In this document: one piece after another, positions 53,263-64,000 of the stretch
How positions within the stretch are numbered: position 1 is the stretch's first letter
Layout: the number at the start of each line of letters is the position of its first letter
NCBI GenBank assembly: GCA_907165135.1
Contig: OU015568.1
Span: 15,511,208-15,575,207, forward strand
Length of the DNA stretch: 64,000 bases
Direction: 5' to 3'
Source of the DNA: Oikopleura dioica
Lineage: Eukaryota > Animalia > Chordata
Position numbers and translations under genes: made by a program
The notes under the pieces: generated by a model
What the model saw: only the letters and a program-made list of their open reading frames with translations
Databases searched by the model: none
Told to the model about the DNA's origin: nothing

Positions 53263-56200
53263 ATGAAGAGCAAGAAGAAAGTGCTGAGCGGAGGGCCGAT
53301 TCAAGATCAGACAGAAGTAAAGAAGGCGCTAATTGCTTTGAGAAAATTTGACTTGAAAGGATGTTATCAGCAGTTGCACAATTTAACGGCCAAGGAACCG
53401 GGAAATGTTACAGCGTTTATCCTCAAGGAACGGTTCTTTCTCTATCCTTATCAGTTGGTGATTATTGCAGAAATTCTAGAACTGTGAGAATACGGAGCAT
53501 GATCACGTGATTGCTGAAAATGTCTTGGAGCAAGTCTTTTGCATGAAAGGGGCCTTTCTCAAGATTGTCGACTAGACATCAAAAGAACCGAATAACAGAT
53601 CTACCATATTCTCGATTACCTCCGCCAAGTGCCCAGTCCCAAGTACCCGTATCGTTACCCAGAAGATATGCGCAAAGAAGTTATCGACTTTGCCCGCGAG
53701 AAGGCAACTGAGATCGCTGAATATGAGGTAAACTTGCTCTTGAATTTGCAGTAGTTTGCAACAAAGGTGACTGCATAGATTGAATAGATAATAAGCTGTA
53801 ACGTTACCTTCGATTACCGGTAAATAATGGCCAAAAGATGCCATTTTCTTTTTATCTCTGAAAACATCATTTTCAGCCTTCAAATGCATACGCTTGGTAC
53901 GTTCTTGGCTTGGCCGAATATCTCGCCAAAAACAAGCAAGAAGCAAAAGAAGCTTTCCGCAAATTTTCGTCTCTGAATCCAGGAGACCTAGCGATGCTCC
54001 ATCAAATCAATCGAATCTGGGAGCTTCCAAAGGATATAGCGGTGGCGAATAGAAGAGCAAAGCCGGGAAATAAAGTGGATAGCCAGTACTACAAGGAGAT
54101 TCTCAAGAAAATGAACAAGTTTGGCCTTGATGATAATGCGCTGAAGGGAATGATCGCGGAAGAAGACCCAGAGGTGAGGAAAATTAAGCTTAGTCTTCCT
54201 TGATTTCAACGAAAAAAAATTACGGAAAATTTCGAAATTTTCAGAAATTTCTTCTTTTTTAACAGCCCGATACACAATTTAAATGTTTTGTATTGATAAA
54301 ACTAATTGTCCGCTTTTTTAGTTGACACAGTATTTTTTCTTTACTAATGTTTTCGTGAAAAACAAGAATTTTGTTCTTCAAACAGGTTATTTTTGAAGAG
54401 AAAGATCATTTAGCTTCTTCATTTTTGAACAAGAAATTCTCACTAATTGCTGCATTAAAGATTTTCAACGATGAACGCGTCAAATCGCTCATGCAGGCGC
54501 CTGTTTCTCCGCGGAAAGCACCTGAAATTCAACTAGAGGACATTCCACCACTCGACATTGTCATTCCTCAAGAGCGAGTCATCACGATCCCGCAGGAGCA
54601 AATTGACGCTGCTAGGCTTGAGAAAGAAAAAGGCAACCAAGGCAAGCGGGTTCATGATAATTTCTAAAGCATAAATTCTTGTATGTTCGAAAAATGAGAT
54701 TTACCCGCGAATACAGCATACAAAAACAGAGAGTTCCAAGTTGCGCTGGAACGCTACGAAGCCGCCTCGGACCTTGATCCGACCGATGTTCTCTTTCTCG
54801 CCAACAAAGCTGCCGTTTATGTTGAACTTAACGACTTCAACGCTGCGAAAGCGTAAGAAAGGCTCAATCGAGATTCCCCAAGCCGCATAATTTCACCTTC
54901 AGACAATGCCAGATTGCGCTCAAACTGGCGAAGCAGTTCGGTTGCTCGCGTCAGATGTTCGCGAAACTCTACTCGAGACTGGGCAATTGCGAGAAGGGCT
55001 ACCGCAACTACTTCCAAGCAATTAAGCTTTATAAGACCTCCCTCGTCGCGGATCCAGGAAATGTTACTGTCCAGAAGAATAGAGATGTCTGCATCAAGGT
55101 AAATTACAGAAGGGTTTAAATTTGACTTAGAATAAGAAACATTGGATCATTTAAATATTTTGTCAAGATAATATCAATCTCCGGTCAATTGCGGTCGTGT
55201 TCCACCTTTATAAAAAAGTTTAAGTTATCGGTTTATACAGTCTTTCATTTCACGAACGACATTTTGCGAAATTCTAAAGCTCTAAAATTCCAAGACTTCA
55301 AAAGTAACTCCGTTAGAAAATTCAGAAGCCACTTGACAGTGGCCGTAGCTTATCAACCAAACCCTCCGCTTGTTATGTTAACAAATCTAGCCTTCTCTTG
55401 AGAAATCATCTTAGAAAGTAATTCTAGCTCATTTTTAAACTAAAAAAATGCCTTCACAGCTTCTGGCTGTCCGGCAGACACAGTCAATTTTACCCTATTT
55501 TCGAGTTTTTCTCGTGCTCCAAGTTGGCCATTAGCGGCTTTCTTGAGCGCTTAGTTGTTGACACAACTTCCCTAAAAGTCGCTCTAGCAATATTCAAAGA
55601 ATAAAAGTGTTGTATTTGAAAACAGTTTTAAGTTTTCTAGCGGCTTCTCGATTTTCTAGGGCTACTTCCACCTTCTATATTTTCAGTGCTGCCACCCACT
55701 TGAAATGAACTGTTTTTAAAATGGGATGACAGCGATACGATGTTTTGAAAACTTTATTTAGGGTTGTTAATTACCTCTTCCGGATTTTAGAATCGAATTT
55801 TGAGTTGTCTGACAACAACGTTGAGTTGTGCTCAGATGACTGAAATGAACTAAATAGACGCAAAATGATTGGAAGCAAAATATTTAGACAACAATTTTCC
55901 TTACTGTAACTACCTGCAAAGCTAATAGTGTAAGCTGCAGACTTTAACAAGCCTCAGGTATCTAAACATAATTTAGATTCTTGAGGCTTCTTACAGTCTG
56001 CCGCTTACACCGTTAGCTCTGCAGATAGTTACAGTAAGGAAACTACTGTCGAGAGGAAAGTAGTTGTCGTAGTGATTTGCTTCCTCTTATTTTGAATATT
56101 TCAGTCCTTATTAGGCTCCTTTGATGATCTCCTATAAGATGATAGCAAAAATAACGTGACATAAGTATGTTAGGAAATCGACCAGATCACGTCTAACAAA

Positions 56201-56699
56201 GATAAGAGAGTCAACTTACAATGGCTCTTAATAGACCCACATCTGTAACACAACGAATACAGTCTGTAATTAATAATTGTCTTACTGAATATTTTCAGCC
56301 CATACATAGTTTGTGGTTAATCGCGTTGGAACATCATAATGAATATTTGCTTGTGTTACAGTAAATAGCCATTAATGAACATGTTAGCAAAGAATTTGAC
56401 CCAAATAAATGCGGTCATTTAAAATTTTACCGGTTTAGTAGGGACGTATTAACTTGTTCGTGGAACGAAGTTAAACGAAAGTAGACCAGTTGCTGGGCAA
56501 TTATCGAGCCTTGACATTGAAACAGTAATTCTTTAGCGGCTGAAAGAAGAAAGACGCCGGCAACGATGGAATGCAGAAGAATTTGAAAATGAACTGCGAC
56601 AAGCAATTTATCTGGCAGATGAGCAGCGATATCTGGAAGCGATCGAAGCATTCAACGAAGCTGAAATTTGCCTGCCCGAAAATAACAAAGAGTACCAGG
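53263..56699 (+). CDS. TPR-repeat protein, STI1/Hop-like TPR2A repeats (ends uncertain)
   Basis: ARLEKEKGNQ|AYKNREFQVALERYEAASDLDPTDVLFLANKAAVY, FAKLYSRLGN..AIKLYKTSL; an additional TPR-like exon at 56538-56699 with AG/GT ends. Confidence 0.65.
55871..56084. repeat. Palindromic (foldback) element, core 55896-56042 with 5-nt loop
   Basis: TTTCCTTACTGTAACTACCTGCAAAGCTAA...ATCTAAA-CATAA-TTTAGAT...GCAGATAGTTACAGTAAGGAAA. Confidence 0.85.
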
Positions 56700-57487
56700 T
56701 TAGTGAGTGGTTTATTGATGTATTATGGTGTGTATGGATTCCGTACTTTGGAAAGACGCGTCGAGGAAAACGTGGTAGCAATTTGCTGTTCGTGTACTTG
56801 GTAGTTAGTACTTTGTTATACGAGCTGCTTCTGTCTAGGTGCCAAATTCGAGTTTATATTAAGGGTGAAGTCGTCGATTTGGCCGTTTTCAGGGGGTTAT
56901 ATCTCGGGACTTGGAATATGTGGGAGGCTGCAAAATAGCTTATATGGACCCTCACTCATGCTTTCTCATTATTGTCAGAAAAAAATAGAGACAAGTAATT
57001 ATTTTCTGAGAGAAAGTATTTCCCCAAACATTGAACCGGAAAGTATCTCAGAAAGAATTAGGTACCTCCCCCTAACAATTACCAAATATCTTCCGGCCAA
57101 ATTTAGGCGAAAAACAAAACTCACGTGTCTGAGAGTTCCGACTCTTTCTGAACCCCAGGTTATTTACCGTTGCATTTAGGGAGAAACAAAAAAGCGCCGG
57201 GCCGCTTTTAATGAGCTCCATTTTCTTATCGGCCTTTTAGAGTCGCCGGGGTCAAACAGCAAGCGCCACCTCATAATAGACTTTGGCGATACGTTTTCTC
57301 GTTTCGTAATTTGAAAAAATGATAACTAGGTCAATCATTGTTTTGGAGAAAATCGCTTATTCCATTCACTCACGTTGAAAAATGGTCAAACTATTCATAA
57401 TAGAAATCGCAATCCCTTTGACATTCGCTGTCGGACTGTCATCAGGGATGGAATTCGCTGGCGGTGCAAATATTCAAACTTTGTTGC

Positions 57488-57840
57488 CCTGAATTTTTGT
57501 AGCATTTTTTCGTGCATTCGATTTTTGAAAGAAAAAATGTCGATTTTTCAATCTTAGGAAGGTACCAAAAGGCTGGCAAACTAGGTTCGATAACCTGTGT
57601 GAAAACCTGAGTCAGGGTTTGAAACTGCTAAAGAAAAAGCCGCATATGCTACAGCAGATTTTACAAAATTGAACCCGCTATGCGGCTTTTTCTTTAGCTT
57701 TTTCAAACCCTGACTCAGGTTTTCACACAGGTTATCAAACCTAGTTTGTCAGCCGTTTGGTACCTTCCTAAGATCGAAAAATCGACATTTTTTCTTTCGA
57801 AAAAATCGAAAGCAAAAAAAAAATGTTCCAAACATTCAGG
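57488..57840. repeat. Foldback with a family MITE (57581-57744) at its centre
   Basis: Inverted symmetry continues ~95 bp beyond the CTAGG/CCTAG MITE termini on both sides. Confidence 0.85.
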
Positions 57841-58657
57841 TTTTTTGACAGGTTGGCTAGCCCAGGCTTACAATAGCCTTTTTCCCTAGAACTTCGTCAA
57901 ATAGACAGTCTAAAAATTATATGGAACAGTATTTACTGTTGGTTTAAAGAATTGCTAAGTGAGCAATTTAGCTCCGGTAAAAAACTAAAACATCTACCGC
58001 AAACTCCCACAAATTCATGTTAGGCTTGGTTGGCCCCGGCGGGTTCCTCCCCTTAGATACATAAACCAGATATTTATGTTCCCCTGGTTTACCCTATTTC
58101 GTTATCCGGATTCCTGAATGTTGGGAGAAGAAGAAAGAGACTTTCTTTGTTGTAAATAGTTAAGTAAGGGGGTAACAAGCGATTATACGAAGTGAGAACA
58201 TGCTTACACAAGAAGCAAACACAAAAAAACCTATGTTTGCTGAAAAACACTGGGTAAGGAAACGGCTTCTCTGAAATTGATAACTATTTCTTCGATTCTA
58301 TTTTGAATTTATTTTCAAAACACATTCGAGAAATATTTTTACGAGTTAACCATTCCGGCTTTTAGTCTCTATTTCGATTGAATTTAACGCACAATAATAA
58401 TTTGTGCCGGTAGACTTATCACAGGGAAAAATCTGTGATTATTGACAAAGTGGCATCTCTCGAATTAATTGTTTCTTCTCGAGTTACTTGCTCGCAAAGA
58501 AGTGCTAGTTGTTTGAATTGGCTTGTTGTTTTGCCAACAATGGTGGCAAATCTGTAGGGGAAAGGTGTGTATTTTATACCCAGCAATATGTTTCTCCTTC
58601 AACGAGAAAACTCAATTATATATGTTTGTTGCATAGATCTAAGCAAGAAATATATAA

Positions 58658-59015
58658 TGTAATAGTTCTCAAAGCTGCTAACTAGGAACTATCATCTAAC
58701 TAAGTATGCCCTCTGAATCGACCAAACGCGACAGTCCTGCAATATACAATAAACACACTGTAACTCTCAGAAATCGTTTCTCTGTCTCTATTATTCCAGT
58801 CGGGGAGGCAGAGGATAAAACAGTATTTTTGTAAATTGGGCTGCTCGGCCCGTGCCTGTTCGTCGAGTGGAGTGGCAGCGCCGAGCTGAGTGCAATTCGG
58901 AAAATTTTGTGCCGAGTCACGCCCGGGCCAACCACTGGTTGGTCAGACGTGGCTCGACACTGACTAAGCAATTAAGAGGGAATCGTCATTACGTAACATC
59001 TAGGAGAACTATTAA
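58658..59015 (-). mobile_element. 3' LTR (~358 bp) of Ty3/gypsy (Tor-like) element, preceded by PPT
   Basis: Terminal inverted repeat TGTAATAGTTCTC / GAGAACTATTA(A); adjacent purine tract GTCAAGGGGG on the minus strand (59016-59025). Confidence 0.75.
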
Positions 59016-59132
59016 CCCCCTTGACGATTCCGTCTTCCTAAAATAGCAGGGCAGTGAAGTTTTGTGCAAGTTGTCGTGAAGCGGAGGTGAATTTGAAACT
59101 GAGCAGGAAGATGACAACTGCACCGCGGTCCA

Positions 59133-60558
59133 TTAGTATCGGCCGCGCATGTTGAGTCCACCACGTCGAGGTCGACCACGGTTGAATTCACGTCGACGGT
59201 CAGCCTCGAGTCGAGTGTGGTCATGGCGAGTTTGGAGCTGCTTGCGCTCTCGCTCCCTGTTGTAAGCCTCCCAGAGCTCGCGCCGGGAAACTTCTGAATC
59301 AAGGTCGGCCGGGTGGACCTGAACGGCCATGTCGATGACTTCGACGATCCCTTGCGACGCCGGAAGTGCCCGAAGGGGCCCGGATTCTACCAGCAAACGC
59401 TCGGTAGGAGTCCAGCCCTTCGAACCGACGGGGAAAAGTGGGGCTGCCCGGTATGGGAGCTTATCATCGCCGGGGAGGAAGGTCCCAGCGCTTCCATTCC
59501 AGGACGAAGCCGGGATCGGCGCCGATGATGTCGACGTCATTGTCGAGGAGGACTTTTGGTCAAGGGCGTCGGAGCCGGAAACGCCGACGTTGACGGTGTA
59601 TCCCGGTCCGGCGCGTCGTCCATCCAGGAGGGTTTACGCCCCTCAGGCGCTTTTTCTCAGGCTCCCCCTTCATCGATTGGGGAATAAATTTTGGAGGCTG
59701 AGACATGGGTTTTGGCCTCTTGAAAGCCGGTTTTTCGGCGGAAGAGCTCCGAGCGCCGCGTTTAGTTGGCAACGCCGCCGCCCGGTCCGATTTCGGCGCG
59801 GGCGCGGTTTTGCCAGTCTTGAAATTACCAGAGCGACGCTGGAACTTCGCGGATTTCTCTTTGACTAATTTTGACGCCGCGTCGTTATATTTTGAGCTGC
59901 TATGAAACAGCATCGAGGCCGTATTGAGAATCTCCGCCAGTTCGCTGGAATTGCGAAAGGCCTTTTTGTGGAGATCATCGCCTTTGCTGGCCAGCTTGGC
60001 CATCATTCCAAAAATGAGGCTCTCGATTCGATCGTGAGTCTCAGTCGTGGAGATCAAGCGGCCATTTAGAAGGAGCCTTTTTCCTTCGTTCCTTGCCTGA
60101 GCAAGGAATTCGTTTCGAACCTCGGTTCTGACGGGCTCGTCGATGGTCACTCTGAGTTCATCGGACTCGCCATCGGCGTTGTCCCACATTAGCCGATCTG
60201 GTGGCGAGGACACGGTGCGTACAATAAAGACGTCTGGTGTAGAGTCCGCAGGCGCCACAGTCGGTCTTTCCGGGGACAGAGGAGTAAGTACAGGCATTTC
60301 TGAGCCCGGTGACGGCGCTGATGTCTCCCGAACGGGTGACGACGACGCCGACACCATCGTTGCTTGCTCATTGGTTGGAGCCGACTCTGACTCAGTAGTT
60401 GGAGGCTGGGCGTGCCCGGAATCCTCCGAAAAGGGCTCAACGGGCCCAGGATCGGTTGAGTCCGGCGTAACGGTCTCGTCAAGTAAGCTGTCGCCCCCGG
60501 AGCCGAACTCGGCCGCACTGTCGAGTTCGACGCCGAGGTCAATACTTTGATGTTCCAT
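59133..60558 (-). CDS. Additional retroelement ORF (ORF3, ~470 aa, one frameshift), not Env-like
   Basis: ORFs 59560-60558 and 59133-59540 join across one frameshift near 59600-59650; located between pol and the PPT/LTR; no signal peptide or TM segment. Confidence 0.75.
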
Positions 60559-60700
60559 TTCTACGTCTAAAATATAGAGTATTAGATAATGTACGAGCTA
60601 TCACGTGACTTGTACAGAGTAATTTATTGACAATTCTTGCAAATAAACTATCTGAACTAGAGATTTTGGTACACAACGCACCCCCTTGATAGGGTGTACA

Positions 60701-63700
60701 TTATGTTCCAGAAAAGGGGTTTTTCTGAGAAAAACGAATAGCGCACTTTCTAGAAGACCGGCGGAGTTCACCGCGCTGGAGTTCCTCCGCCAACTTTCGA
60801 TCATTTTCCGCGCGACGAACCTGCGATCTTGTGACATTTTGCCGAACAGGTTCGACGCGCGCGTTTTTTGGTCTCAGACCTGAGTCTGGTACTAGAAAAT
60901 CTATGGGTCGGTTTCGTTTTCTAGGTGGTGGAGCACTTTTTGGTTTTGTTGGAACTGAGGGCGCCACCTGTGGCCCTTGAGTTTGATCTGAACTGGGTTT
61001 TCCTTATCACATGTCTCGCCCGATGAGTCAAACGTCCCCTCAGGGCAATTTAACTCCGGAGCAGAAGATTGCGGAGCCTCGAGCACCGGAGATTCAGTCT
61101 GAGCGCCAGGGGCTCATCCATCAGCGGTTTTTGTACTTTTTCCGGCTGTGGAAGGGTTTTCGGTAACGGAACTCGTAAACAAGGGAAAAACGGGACACTG
61201 CCAAGGGCGGGTGGGCGCTCTACTCGTTTTAAAACACTGGATCTGTGGAACCAGTCAACATTGCCGTGCTTGTCGACAAGCTGGACAACGTAATTATTCG
61301 AACGATTAACGATATAGGGGCCCAACCACGAGAGTTTATGGGTCTTGGCAGTTGTACTCATTTCTCGCTTTAAAAATACTTCGTCCCCGGGCTCGAGAAT
61401 CTCAGGAGAAATTCTCGGACCATTTGCACGGACCTTGGCGTCCGCAGCTTCTTGACAAAGCTTTATCTTCTTGAAAAGAAGGTTTGTGACCCTAGCTCTA
61501 TCCCGTAAGAACTCAGGAATGTTTTCCCGACGAAATTACGCCATCTTTATCGAACTCACTGAGTCTCACTGGAGTTGAGAATACAACAGAGGATGGAGCT
61601 ATTTTTGTAGTACTATTTGGAACGCTGTTCATCACATAAGTTACTCGTTTTATTATGCTCGGCCAGTCGAGATTAAAAGAATTGGTACAGATGTATACGC
61701 AATTTTTTAATTCTCTGTGACGCGATTCGAGTAAAGAACACGCTTGGGGTCGAAAAGCAATGTGATAACGCCAGGCCAACCCGTTAATCGCGGCAAATTC
61801 GCTGTTCAGAGCGCTAGTAAAATGAGTACCGCGGTCTGTCGAAATCACCTTGGGATGGGGAAAAACGTCCAGTAAGTGCTCCTGGATAGCTTTACATGCA
61901 TCAACAGCCCGGCACCTCCGGCAAGGAACTGCGATGATGTAACGACTAAATGTATCGACCATAGTGCACGCATATCGAAGACCGCTTTTTGACGGCTTCA
62001 TCTCTATAAAGTCAACGTGAACTCTTTCAAAGGGGCGAGATCCCTTTATGGTTGGACGGAATCCTGGGTCCACGTGATGTCCGCGAGCACCTTTCCCGTG
62101 CACGCAGAAACATGAACGAACGTACTGAGTCAGATCGTCACTGAAATTTGGCCATGTTAAGTGGCTCATGCTTTCAACCATCCGGTCCTTTCCGGCGTGG
62201 TTCTTTCCATCATGGAATGTTCTCAGAATCTCTGGGCGCATTCCACGTGGCACGTATATTCGATTTTTGAACATGAGCGCGCCAGTTTCAGTGCACAACG
62301 ATAACTGTTTAAAATAACGCGAAAGAAATGCTGCTTCCTCACAGTTCGAGTCGAAACGCATCTCTTTATTGTGAGTCAGAGCTTCGATTGCCGCTTTACA
62401 GGGCTCATCGTGAGCCTGCTCAGAGATGAGTGACATTTTCGCGTAGATACCCTTCTCAATGGGAGCTTTTTCAGTGACATGAGCGGCTATGTCACTTGAC
62501 ACAAGTGCTGATAGACCTTCAGGTGAGGTCAAGTCATTTGCGTTGAACTTTACCTCTGGGGAGTCTTTAAGTGACACCCACGATGGAACGTAGATATCAA
62601 AATTGTGAAATTTGTGGAACGTCCCAGCTGGGCCGTTCTCGCCCTTGTAAGTAGGACGAGACATGTCCAAGTTAGCTGGCCGACTGAAGTAGTCAGCGAG
62701 CGCGTTTGCCTGACCTTCGATATATATACAGACAAAGTTGTACTGTGACAAAAATGCCACCACCTTGCCAGTTTGTCGTTTTTACTGATCCGCTGATCAA
62801 TAAAGGTCAAGGCTCTGTGATCTGTTTTAATGATAAATCTACGTCCAAGAAGGTATACTCTACAGTCAGTAACAGCCAATAAAATAGCATTGGCTTCGCG
62901 TTCGGAAGCCGAATACCTTGACTGGCACTCTGTAAATGTTTTTGAACCGATTTTAACGATTCTGGACTTACCGTCCACAATTTGGAGAAGACTCCATCCT
63001 GCCGCCGATGCAGAAGCGTCGGTTACAAGAATGAATTCCTTCGAAAAATCTGGAAACCAAATCATTGACTCCGAGGCAAGCTTGACCTTGATTTTATTGA
63101 ACGCTTTCTGCGCACTCGAAGGCCAATCAAACTTACCCCGTGGTCTATTAGTTTTCAGAACTTGATTGATGGGCTTCATTAGATGTGAAAAATTTTCGGT
63201 GGCAATGGGGTCGCCCGGTTTAATTGATGCAAAGTTGCGGCACCAATTTAACATCCCCAATAAGGACTGCAGCCCTTTATAATCTTTTGGGGGCTGCATA
63301 TCGACGATGGCTTTGACATTATCTGGGTCGGCTCGTTGGCCCTGGGCGTCTATGATCCGGCCTAGCCACTTGTTCTCGGGGAACAATAATTTCGTTTTGG
63401 ATCCTCCACAAACGAAACCGTACTCTGCGAGTTTGGATAATAACTCGTCAAGAGTAGCGCAGTAAGTATCAAAGTCATCGCTGAACAATAATATATCGTC
63501 AACAAATAACATGATGTTCTTCCTGTGCTTCATGTCCCGGAGAGCGTGCGTAATTGCACGGACGAATAAATGACCTGAGCTACGTAATCCAAATGGAAGA
63601 CGAGTGAATTTCAAACACTCGTCGTTCCAGAAAATAGACAATTTTACCTGGTCCTCCTCCCTTACCTTGATATTCCAAAAACCCGATGCAATATCTAAGA

Positions 63701-64000
63701 GGCCGAAGTATTTCATTCCCACTGGGACCTCCATCGCGGCCTCGATATTCGGAATTTGGTAAGTGTCTGCATCTACAAGAAGGGGATTAACCGTGAGGTT
63801 TAGATTAAGTATGAGGCGGGAACCCCCGTCGTGCTTGCTAACAGCACCGACGGGTGTATTCCACCCCATACTATTCTCACAAATCGCCAGAACCCCGATT
63901 TTCTTGAGCATTTCAATCTGCTCAGTGATGGGCCCCACGTGTCGCTCGGCGACCCGAAACTGTGGAACGTGACGAGTCTTACCGGGCACGGTAAGGATTT
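60701..64000 (-). mobile_element. Ty3/gypsy pol: RT, RNase H, integrase with GPY/F and long C-terminal tail (frameshifted; runs off window)
   Basis: RT WNTPV..LDIASGFWNI..RLPFGL..FVDDIL; RH LVTDAS..YSASERE..IKTDH; integrase HHCC (H..H..C.C), RPFERVHVDF, D,D35E, WLGPY. Domain order RT-RH-IN is gypsy-type. Confidence 0.95.

Noticed and set aside
58748-58754. AATAAA on the plus strand within the LTR, suggesting opposite orientation
   Set aside because: PPT position and pol strand fix the element on the minus strand; a single hexamer in AT-rich DNA is weak evidence.
59133-60558. Calling ORF3 an env gene
   Set aside because: No signal peptide, transmembrane segment, furin site or Cys pattern.

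Overview
This is compact eukaryotic (chordate) DNA, inferred to be the larvacean tunicate Oikopleura dioica or a close relative. The inference rests on many ~40-50 nt introns, at least one GA-AG intron, tightly packed same-strand genes with an unpaired 3' splice acceptor just before the ATG (operon/SL trans-splicing style), and a Tor-like Ty3/gypsy element. Genes in order: a mosaic of pseudogene fragments (UGP2, PIP5K), a 500-N gap, an SLC17 last exon, a carboxylesterase, a delta/theta-like GST, PRPF4B, FAF1 with a small basic gene nested in one intron, tRNA-Lys, two or three uncharacterised genes, PP2A-A, EXOC1, COPS6, IP6K, a Gla-domain receptor tyrosine kinase, TBCK, eIF1A, ArfGAP1, an STI1-like TPR gene, and the 3' part of an LTR retrotransposon with an extra non-Env ORF. 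Non-coding DNA is rich in hAT-type MITEs (8-bp TSD, ends CT(A/G)GG...CC(T/C)AG) and long foldback elements. Top leads: (1) a 788-bp TIR element with a perfect 8-bp TSD inside the PRPF4B kinase coding sequence that is removable exactly as a non-canonical GG-AG intron (transposon-to-intron conversion); (2) a retroelement ORF3 flanked by two PPT copies and preceded by a splice acceptor; (3) a Gla-RTK; (4) a nested basic-protein gene whose first intron is MITE-derived; (5) a stand-alone motif TTGAAATCAAGGAAGA found six times, mostly in long introns. Exon boundaries were read by eye and gene ends are approximate where stated. No database searches were run.
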